In this document: in pieces, positions 41,909 through 49,645 of the stretch | How positions within the stretch are numbered: the stretch's first letter is position 1 | Layout of the letters: each line of letters begins with the position of its first letter | Virus record (IMG/VR): IMGVR_UViG_3300028840_004626 | Location: 30,549 to 94,548 of that record | Direction: 5' to 3' (one strand) | DNA from: a virus | Length of the DNA stretch: 64,000 bases | Program-made: the position numbers and the translations under genes | Notes under the pieces: generated by a model | What the model was told of the DNA's origin: nothing | Seen by the model: the letters and a program-made list of their open reading frames with translations, nothing else | Databases searched by the model: none

Positions 41909-43978
41909 ATGTCCTCATTGCAAAAAACGTTTACTCCGCTCTATAGCTTGCACGCATATAGCAATCAGAGTCTCAGTGGGCTCATAGCTAGTATTGGTAG
42001 CGAAGAGGCAACGATTCTGATTGATACCCCGTGTCAAATTACTACCAATCTTATTCCGCCCTCCAATATTTCTTTTAAGTTTGTAAAGGGTGTCACTATG
42101 ACTATTGATGACACCAAGTGGATTGAGATATTGGGCAGCGTTGACGCGGGGCCATGGCAGATCTTTGAGTTCGGTGGTACTAACGCATGGGTGAAATTTG
42201 GAGATGGTTCGCGGCAAACCTATTCCCATGTTGATTGGTTTGGTGCTGATCCAACTGGAGTAAGTGACAGTTACTGGGCTATATGGAGGGCCATTATTTC
42301 TCGCGCTGGCCAGGCCGAATTGGGAGAACAGCTCAATGCAGTTGGTGGAGAAGTTCGTTTTGGCAAGGGTACATATCGCTACGGAACACCAATTGTAATC
42401 GAAGATCTTGCTAATATCCGATTCCAGGGTGCTGGCAATAGGCTCTATCAGGATTTTAAACGTGCAGAAACAAGGCTAATCTACACTGGAACTGGTGGCC
42501 GGTATCATGGGGGCGCCGCTGGCACTGCGGGCACCGACAGCATTCCTTCGTCCAGTCAATGTGGGATTTATAATACAACCAATTATGGTCGAGGCTTTCA
42601 GATTAAAGATATGGCCATCTTGTATGATCAGATTGATTTTCAGGGCTGCTTAGTTTATTCGGATACTCCCGGGTTTTATTGTGAGAACGTTACTTTTGGT
42701 GATGATTCAACCGATGCTGGGTATGGGGTTGGTGGAGTTAGAAAGTATACCGCATTTGCCCTTGTGTGTTTAGGTGGCACAGAATGGCCCCATTTCTATC
42801 GTTGCTCTTTTGACTGTGCGCAGCGTGCTGTTTATGTTCCAAGACTCGGCGGAATGAAGTGCAACGGGCTTTTTATGGACCAGTGTGTTGTATATACGGT
42901 CAATACAGCTGGGATTGACTATGCTGGTGTTGGTAACCTGGGAGCAACATTTCATAGGGTAACTATCGATCCGGTACGCTATGCTCTTGCCGCCCAGGGT
43001 GCGACCAACATGGCTTATGGCATGAGAATAGCCAGCAACTCTTTTGAGGTTTCCAACTGTGTATTTGCGGGATCGAGTTCAGACTATATGCCAACCGAGT
43101 GGGCCTTCTATCCATATGGTCGAGGCAGCATGAGAGATTGTTTATTCTTCACTAACTGGGGTGGTGTTCTGGTAAGTGGCAGCACCCTGGATGTAGCTAG
43201 TAACGAAATTTGGGCACAAAACCCTGTTAATATAATGTCCGGAGGATGGTTCGGGGGTAATAATCGATATCGCCAGGTTAATGATCATGCTAACGTGAGC
43301 TGTAGGCGAGCGATAACGATTGCTTCCGGGCAGGACGTTGGGGTCTACGGGGGTTCTATTGATTTTGTCCAAACATCTCCGGACGACTTTTATGGCACTG
43401 GCGGAACCAATCCTTTTCATTGGGATATTTACGTAGGTCGTATCGCCAGCAGTAATCTCGATAATATCAATGGCAAGATTACATACAATCCTAAGTTGAG
43501 TAACTCATACTTTGGGGTTAATGATGTAACTGGAGCCATGGAGATTGTTCCTATTAACGCCAATCGGTTTCAGGAGATTGAGGGAGATACCGTGCTGACT
43601 AGCGGCGATATCTATAGGTTTAATGGTGGTATATGGCGTATCAATGTTGCGGCTTCGGGACATTGTTTTGTTCAGTTGCCATCTGGAAAGGCTGGATACG
43701 AATTATCGTTTTTTAACCTAAATGGATGTAATGTAACCCTCTTGGCAAGTGGATGGAACCGGGGCGGCTTTGATGACCGTATTTGGGCTTCTGGCACCAA
43801 TACAACGGTTGGCAACCCAGCACTAGTACATAGGCCTGGGACTAGAATGTCGACTTGTCACCTGAGGTGTCACGGGGCATCTGATTATTACCCGAGATGG
43901 GTATTAACGAGTGCTATTGGTGGCTGGGCTCCTAGTGAGAAAACTGCTTTTAATGGGAACCTTACGCCAGGCTATTAA
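41909..43978 (+). CDS. Tailspike / depolymerase 4 (right-handed beta-helix)
   Basis: VDWFGADPTGVSDSYWAI cap, GGEVRFGKGTY, RCSF/NCVF/DCLF rungs. Confidence 0.8.
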   Translation: MSSLQKTFTPLYSLHAYSNQSLSGLIASIGSEEATILIDTPCQITTNLIPPSNISFKFVKGVTMTIDDTKWIEILGSVDAGPWQIFEFGGTNAWVKFGDGSRQTYSHVDWFGADPTGVSDSYWAIWRAIISRAGQAELGEQLNAVGGEVRFGKGTYRYGTPIVIEDLANIRFQGAGNRLYQDFKRAETRLIYTGTGGRYHGGAAGTAGTDSIPSSSQCGIYNTTNYGRGFQIKDMAILYDQIDFQGCLVYSDTPGFYCENVTFGDDSTDAGYGVGGVRKYTAFALVCLGGTEWPHFYRCSFDCAQRAVYVPRLGGMKCNGLFMDQCVVYTVNTAGIDYAGVGNLGATFHRVTIDPVRYALAAQGATNMAYGMRIASNSFEVSNCVFAGSSSDYMPTEWAFYPYGRGSMRDCLFFTNWGGVLVSGSTLDVASNEIWAQNPVNIMSGGWFGGNNRYRQVNDHANVSCRRAITIASGQDVGVYGGSIDFVQTSPDDFYGTGGTNPFHWDIYVGRIASSNLDNINGKITYNPKLSNSYFGVNDVTGAMEIVPINANRFQEIEGDTVLTSGDIYRFNGGIWRINVAASGHCFVQLPSGKAGYELSFFNLNGCNVTLLASGWNRGGFDDRIWASGTNTTVGNPALVHRPGTRMSTCHLRCHGASDYYPRWVLTSAIGGWAPSEKTAFNGNLTPGY

Positions 43979-43980
43979 TC

Positions 43981-44000
43981 TGGTATAATAACCTTGGAGG
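43981..44000 (+). promoter_or_regulatory. Extended -10 sigma70-type promoter plus RBS for the accessory operon
   Basis: TGGTATAAT (TGnTATAAT consensus) at 43981-43989 in an intergenic gap, GGAGG at 43996-44000, ATG at 44009. No good -35 seen. Confidence 0.65.
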
Positions 44001-44008
44001 TCAATTGA

Positions 44009-44464
44009 ATGGCTGTTACTAAAAACATTTTGCAGGTCAGGGACTACCAGGTATGGACCTCTGCCAATATGGTTGATGGCGATATCCTAGGAGTCTACGA
44101 ATCCCTGGGGCGCAGATGCGCTGATACGGTAACCCTGGAAAGCGCTGGGGGTGCCTCCCGGGTCAGGTTTAACGTTGCGCGTACTACGTATCGTGAACAG
44201 GGGGCCGTTTACAGCGGAACCTATCATGGCAATAGTCCGAACGGGCCATGGAGTCAAGCGTTGTTTCATAATGTTCACAATAATTTCGCAGGCTTGGGTG
44301 CTGGTGGATCAAGAAGCCCCGAGCTGGTTTACGAACATGAGGACGACCAGCAGCCCGATATTATTGTGGCTAATGGTACTACCCAGACCTGGACTAGAAC
44401 TGAAATTGCTGTTAATGACATTAAAATTGTCAATGCTTCAGGATTGCGCGTTACGGTGACCTAA
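44009..44464 (+). CDS. Hypothetical beta-rich protein (possible virion decoration protein)
   Basis: 151 aa ORF with strong RBS; first gene after the promoter. Confidence 0.6.
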   Translation: MAVTKNILQVRDYQVWTSANMVDGDILGVYESLGRRCADTVTLESAGGASRVRFNVARTTYREQGAVYSGTYHGNSPNGPWSQALFHNVHNNFAGLGAGGSRSPELVYEHEDDQQPDIIVANGTTQTWTRTEIAVNDIKIVNASGLRVTVT

Positions 44465-44471
44465 TAATGCT

Positions 44472-44960
44472 ATGGGATCACTCAAGATTTGCCCACGTAC
44501 TGGTATGATTATCAGGGGGCCGGCACCGCTCCGGCTCCCTGCTTTCCCTCCTGTAGCTCGTAGGAATAAAAGGCCGCCCAAGAAATCGGGGAATATGTTT
44601 CCTGCTAAACTTGCCGGAAAAGATGTTCATATCCCAATCCCAGCTCCAATCCCCCAGGCCGGGCCGACCTTTGAACAACTCCAGGAGCTTGCGGAAAGCA
44701 TAGGGAGGGCTATCGCTGAGAATATTACCCTCAAGGTACCAGCGGCACAAACATACCAAGCGAAGGGTCAGATTACTTCAGTGCGAGAAGCACCCACAGA
44801 TATCCATATCGATATTGATGAATCGATTATTGATGTTGGTATAGGAGAGACGAAACAGTTGGCTAAAGGGAAACATTCTGCTAAGATCAAAAAAGAGAAG
44901 GCCGAATCTGATAACATCGCAGCTTCTCTGGCAAAATTGAAAAAACATAAACAAAAATAG
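44472..44960 (+). CDS. Low-complexity protein, putative partner/adaptor of the actin-like ATPase
   Basis: 162 aa; Pro/Lys-rich N-half, acidic IDIDESIIDV strand, basic C-terminal helix IAASLAKLKKHKQK; 9 bp upstream of the actin gene. Confidence 0.55.
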   Translation: MGSLKICPRTGMIIRGPAPLRLPAFPPVARRNKRPPKKSGNMFPAKLAGKDVHIPIPAPIPQAGPTFEQLQELAESIGRAIAENITLKVPAAQTYQAKGQITSVREAPTDIHIDIDESIIDVGIGETKQLAKGKHSAKIKKEKAESDNIAASLAKLKKHKQK

Positions 44961-44969
44961 GAGGCTATC

Positions 44970-46010
44970 ATGGCCGGACAATTTGAAAGCGGAAGAGGCC
45001 TGGACATCGGAACCAGCTTCATTATTAGCTCCAGGGCTTTTAAGGAGGGTGGCAAGACCCAGTATACAGAGTTCCGTGATGCGTTTTATGTAATGAAGCC
45101 GACCTCTCCTATTGCCAAGAAGATGATGGAAAAGGGCCTTAAGGGTCAACAATATTTCAATGACGTTGACGGATCCTTTATTGTTGTAGGCCAGGACGCC
45201 ATAGAGCGCGCCATAGAGCGCAATCAAAGTGCTAGGCGCCCCCTCCAGAGGGGAGTAATTGCACCCCGTGAGAAGCAAGCTAGGCGCATTCTACGCCATA
45301 TTTTTAAGGAGATCCTAGACAAGCCTCTCGAAGAGGGAGAGAAGCTCGTATATTCAGTTCCTTCTCAGCCCGTGGATCAGCCCGCAGAGAATTTTGATGT
45401 GGGATTTCATATAGATGCACTTAATAATGATCTAGCTGCTCTGGGCTATAGTCCGCAGCCCCTTAGTGAGGCCGAAGCCATTTGTTATTCAGAGCTCGAG
45501 GCTGACGATTATACGGGTTTGGCATTTTCATTTGGCGCAGGCATGGTTAATGTCTGCCTGATGAGCTCTGGCGAGGGAATCCTCCATTGGAGCACCACCA
45601 GAAGCGGGGATTGGGTAGACAGAATGGCAGCCCAGGCTACCGCTACACCCGATACCGTAGTGCAGGTAGAAAAAGAGGGTACAAAATTTAAAATTGGTGA
45701 AGAAAACACTAGCAATCCAATTTTGAGTGCGGTATCCTTGTATTACATTCGATTAATAGACTATACAGTACAATACATGATTAAGAGACTTCTTCAGGCA
45801 GACAATCTACCAAAGTTTACATCTCCGATTCCAATTGTTTTGTCTGGAGGAACAAGCCGAGCGCAGGGTTTTGTTGAACAATTTGATCGGCTGTTAAAAG
45901 AACACAACAAAGATGACAACACCTTACCATTCGAAATCAAAGAAGTTCGTTCTGCTAAAGACCCTCTTCGCGCGGTATCGCGAGGATGCTTACTTGCATC
46001 CCAGATTTAG
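44970..46010 (+). CDS. Actin-fold (ASKHA) ATPase, volactin/MamK/MreB-like
   Basis: All five actin motifs: phosphate-1 GLDIGTS, connect-1 SEAEAI, phosphate-2 SFGAGMVN, adenosine IVLSGGTS, connect-2 DPLRAVSRG; AGGAGG RBS. Confidence 0.9.
   Translation: MAGQFESGRGLDIGTSFIISSRAFKEGGKTQYTEFRDAFYVMKPTSPIAKKMMEKGLKGQQYFNDVDGSFIVVGQDAIERAIERNQSARRPLQRGVIAPREKQARRILRHIFKEILDKPLEEGEKLVYSVPSQPVDQPAENFDVGFHIDALNNDLAALGYSPQPLSEAEAICYSELEADDYTGLAFSFGAGMVNVCLMSSGEGILHWSTTRSGDWVDRMAAQATATPDTVVQVEKEGTKFKIGEENTSNPILSAVSLYYIRLIDYTVQYMIKRLLQADNLPKFTSPIPIVLSGGTSRAQGFVEQFDRLLKEHNKDDNTLPFEIKEVRSAKDPLRAVSRGCLLASQI
45198..45221 (+). repeat. Perfect 12-bp tandem repeat in the actin gene
   Basis: GCCATAGAGCGC x2, encoding AIER-AIER. 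Confidence 0.9.
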
Positions 46011-46019
46011 GGAGAAGGC

Positions 46020-47117
46020 ATGAGGCCTTTAAAACCAAATAGTCGTGGGGCATTCGTTCCCACACCCATGGCACTTCGACCAAGACGAAAAGAATCGCCA
46101 TTTTCAAAACCTTGCCAGGCTCTTGGCCACCTAGATAGAGTAATCAAGGGTGAGCCTCCCAGGATTTGTATTGTGCGCAGCAGGGGTGGTATTGGCGACG
46201 TACTAATGACAACTCCAACCGTCAAAGCTATTTCAAAAAAGTATAACTGCAAGGTTGACTATGCTACAGATTTTGAATATCTTGACGGAGCACTTCTCAA
46301 GGTGATGACGGGAAACCCATATGTGGGTCACATCTTTGAGCATCGAGAGCTAGACTTTCGCAAAGATGACTATAATGCAATTATTAATTTGACTTGCCCG
46401 TGTACCTCTCACGAGAAACCCTTGGCTCCGCCAGTTAATCGTATAGATCTGTTTGCCCGCCATGCAACTATTCCTCTTGAAGATACGTCAATGGATTTTG
46501 TTCTGAGCTCAGATGAGTTAGAGTGGGCCAGAAACTATATTTCTTCCCAGGGATTAAGCTCATATAAATTAATCATGGTGCAACCATCTTCTAGCAATAC
46601 AAGACGAGATGCGCCTGTTGCTACGATGAAGAATGCACTCACTGAAATCTTGGCTCACCACAAAGATATAAGGGCCTTGATTATTACCCATAGCAGTGAC
46701 AATACGCGTACAGAATGGAAATTTGCGGAGACTCATGTTTTACAAAATTTTGATGTTCGCCAGCTTGCCGCTCTTATGCATTATTGCGATCTGGTTTTGT
46801 GTCCAGATAGTGCGATTTTGCATGTCGCGTCAGCGTTCCATAAACCAACCGTCACCCTCTTCGGACCAACCGACCCGAGGGCACGAGTTAATTATCATCC
46901 CGAAGCCGTGGCTATTTGGCCCGGCAAAGAATTACACAACTACCCTTGCTGGTATGAAGACCCAAAAGATGGATATCTTTGTTGGAAGAGATTGGAGCCA
47001 AATGTTATAGCCGCTGCTTGCCTGGCGGTAATGAACAAAACCGATTTGCCCCCTTCTCGCGACCTGGTCACCTTTGGCCAATACAAGACATCTAATGAAT
47101 TCTATGAAATTTTATAG
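46020..47117 (+). CDS. Glycosyltransferase family 9 (heptosyltransferase-like)
   Basis: RGGIGDVLMTTP and DLVLCPDSAILHVASAFHKPTVTLFGPT signature motifs. Confidence 0.9.
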   Translation: MRPLKPNSRGAFVPTPMALRPRRKESPFSKPCQALGHLDRVIKGEPPRICIVRSRGGIGDVLMTTPTVKAISKKYNCKVDYATDFEYLDGALLKVMTGNPYVGHIFEHRELDFRKDDYNAIINLTCPCTSHEKPLAPPVNRIDLFARHATIPLEDTSMDFVLSSDELEWARNYISSQGLSSYKLIMVQPSSSNTRRDAPVATMKNALTEILAHHKDIRALIITHSSDNTRTEWKFAETHVLQNFDVRQLAALMHYCDLVLCPDSAILHVASAFHKPTVTLFGPTDPRARVNYHPEAVAIWPGKELHNYPCWYEDPKDGYLCWKRLEPNVIAAACLAVMNKTDLPPSRDLVTFGQYKTSNEFYEIL

Positions 47118-47125
47118 GAGAATAC

Positions 47126-48511
47126 ATGGACAACAAATTTGCCTTTGGCACCAACAAGCTGGTGATGCCCACCGGTTTATCTCAAAGCTTTAATTCTGTC
47201 AGCCAGCCCGTCACTAGTCAGCCCGCTAATATTCAGCCCCCTCGCAAGAAAAAGGTTCTGGTATGGTCAGACGCAGTTATTGCTACTACCGGATTTGGGG
47301 TAGTTTCAAAACACATTCTGAAAGCTCTACATGAGACAGGTCTATATGATATCGATCAGTTGGCAATTAATTACTTTGGCGATTTTGTAGACAAGTCGGA
47401 AGTCCCATATAGCATGGTGCCTGCCCGCCTCAACAATCCGAACGACCCGTATGGCAATCAGATGTTTTTGGATGCTATCGGCGCTAAGCCATATGATATT
47501 GTATTTGTTGTTAATGACACGTTTGTGGTCGAGGGGGTTTCTGCCCATATCAGCGAGATTAAGTCTAACAAGCTAAACTCGGGGCAACCAGTATTTGATT
47601 TGGTATATTATTTCCCTGTAGATTGTCGCTTCTTGCAGCGTGCTTCAACAATGGCCAAAGCGGCCGACCGCGCCGTGGCCTACACAGAGTTTGCGAAGCG
47701 CTCAGCAGAAGAGGCAGAGGTCAATGTAACGGACGTTATCTATCATGGCACTGATATAAAGAATTTTTTTCCAGTTCCTCCAGAGGTGAGGAACTTATGC
47801 CGGAAACGTTTCTTTAACATTGAGGACCCAGATCGCTTCATTCTCGTCAACGTCAATCGCAACAATAGTCGCAAAGACATCGCCAGAAGCATACTGGCCT
47901 TTAAGGAATTTAGAAAGCGTGTTCCTAATTCTGCCTACTATCTTCACACTAAAATGGTAGACTCCCCTGGGCATGGGCATGAAATTGACCTGGGTGTCTG
48001 CATTGAAGAGCTGGGACTTAGCACCCAGACGGATGTAATTTTTCCCAACGCTTTGCATCCGGCCAAGGGGTTTCCGATCGAGGTACTCAACCAGCTCTAT
48101 AACGCTGGTGATGCTTATTTCACAACCACCCTGGGAGAGGGATGGGGTTTAACTATCACTGAAGCGATGGCTGCAGGTATCCCAGTTATTGCTCCTAATA
48201 ACACGAGTATCCCAGAAATCCTGGGAGAAAATCTTGACCGGGGCTATGTATATCCATGCAAAGAACAGGTATATGTAGATAATAGCGGTTACCGTCCGTA
48301 TGGTTCGATGGAAGATATCGTCAATAGCATGATGCAATGTTATGAAGACTGGAAAACTCAGGCTCCGCGTCGACAAGAGATCGTCAGTCGCGCCAAAGAG
48401 TTTGTACACAAATATTCTTGGGAGCATATATGCAAACAATGGGTAACATTATTTGGAGAGCTTGGAAATGGCAACAATGCTAATTACCAGATGGAAGGGG
48501 AGATGATGTAA
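47126..48511 (+). CDS. Glycosyltransferase family 4 (GT-B)
   Basis: TGFGVVS, IYHGTD, NVNRNNSRKD, LYNAGD...GEGWGLTITEAMAAGIPVI. Confidence 0.9.
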   Translation: MDNKFAFGTNKLVMPTGLSQSFNSVSQPVTSQPANIQPPRKKKVLVWSDAVIATTGFGVVSKHILKALHETGLYDIDQLAINYFGDFVDKSEVPYSMVPARLNNPNDPYGNQMFLDAIGAKPYDIVFVVNDTFVVEGVSAHISEIKSNKLNSGQPVFDLVYYFPVDCRFLQRASTMAKAADRAVAYTEFAKRSAEEAEVNVTDVIYHGTDIKNFFPVPPEVRNLCRKRFFNIEDPDRFILVNVNRNNSRKDIARSILAFKEFRKRVPNSAYYLHTKMVDSPGHGHEIDLGVCIEELGLSTQTDVIFPNALHPAKGFPIEVLNQLYNAGDAYFTTTLGEGWGLTITEAMAAGIPVIAPNNTSIPEILGENLDRGYVYPCKEQVYVDNSGYRPYGSMEDIVNSMMQCYEDWKTQAPRRQEIVSRAKEFVHKYSWEHICKQWVTLFGELGNGNNANYQMEGEMM

Positions 48512-49644
48512 TGTCAGACCATCCCATAAAACTGAAATACGTCGGTGCAGTTGGCGATACTAGTGGATATGCAAATGCATGTCGCAACTATATCTGTGCG
48601 CTACTTGATACTAACGAGATAGACTTGTCGGTGGGTATCGCAAGTTTTGAGAAGACCAAAACGAGTCATGGTCCAGCCATGGAGCGTATTGCACCATATG
48701 TCAACCGCCCAATAAAGCCCAAGATTCAGATTACTCATCTTACCCCAGAGAATTATCCAGCATTTAAAACGCCTGGTGCATACAACATTGCATATACGGT
48801 ATGGGAAACTGAAATGCTGCCACATGGATGGGTTGACCTAATTAATAGTATGGATGAGGTATGGGTTCCTTCCGACTGGAATATTGAGATATTTAAGAAG
48901 AGCGGAATTAGGAAGCCCATGTTTAAGGTGCCTCATGTAATTCCTATCCCCTCTGGTGGTCACGCAAAACATGTGACGGTTCCTACTCAAGATAACGAAA
49001 CCTATGTGTTTTATTCAATCTTTCAGTGGATAGAAAGAAAAAATCCACTAGCTCTTTTAAGAGCCTATTTTACGGAGTTCGGCCCTAAGGACAATGTGTG
49101 TTTGGCCCTGAAGAGTTATCGACTAGATAGTTCTGCGCAAGAGAAGGCTATTGTTAAAGGCGATATCAAGACTTGCAAGCAGTCTTTGAACTTGCCGTAT
49201 TATCCTCCGGTAATTTTCTTTGGAGATCTGATGCCGGCTGAATATATTCATGGATTACATGAACGTGGTGATTGTTTTGTAATGGCCCAGCGTGGCGAGG
49301 GGTTTGGTATTCCTCATGCAGAAGCTATGGCTCATGGCAATCCTGTTATTGCTACTGGATATGGTGGCAATATGGAATTCATGAACAAAGAAACAGCTTT
49401 TCCAGTAGACTGTCAGCGAACACCAGTGGCCGGCATGATCTTTGCCAACTATCATGGCCATATGGTTTGGGCTGAACCCAATATTATGCATATGCGAGAG
49501 CATATGAGGTTTTGCTACGAGAATCGAGATAGGGCAAAAGATGTTGGTAAAACTGGCAGAGAATTTATTGAACACAATTACAGCTCTAAGGCGATTGGCA
49601 AACTCATGCTAGATCGTCTGAGAGAGATCGAGAAAGGACTATAG
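48511..49644 (+). CDS. Glycosyltransferase family 4 (GT-B)
   Basis: SGYANA, YTVWET, DEVWVPS, ERKN, RGEGFGIPHAEAMAHGNPVIATGYGG. Confidence 0.9.
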   Translation: MSDHPIKLKYVGAVGDTSGYANACRNYICALLDTNEIDLSVGIASFEKTKTSHGPAMERIAPYVNRPIKPKIQITHLTPENYPAFKTPGAYNIAYTVWETEMLPHGWVDLINSMDEVWVPSDWNIEIFKKSGIRKPMFKVPHVIPIPSGGHAKHVTVPTQDNETYVFYSIFQWIERKNPLALLRAYFTEFGPKDNVCLALKSYRLDSSAQEKAIVKGDIKTCKQSLNLPYYPPVIFFGDLMPAEYIHGLHERGDCFVMAQRGEGFGIPHAEAMAHGNPVIATGYGGNMEFMNKETAFPVDCQRTPVAGMIFANYHGHMVWAEPNIMHMREHMRFCYENRDRAKDVGKTGREFIEHNYSSKAIGKLMLDRLREIEKGL

Positions 49645-49645
49645 C

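Noticed and set aside
45198-45221. 12-bp tandem repeat as a phase-variation or centromere site
   Set aside because: Only two copies, in frame and inside a coding helix; no array.
44970-46010. Archaeal virus, suggested by the volactin-like gene
   Set aside because: The SLT muramidase, sigma70-type extended -10 and GT9 favour a bacterial host.
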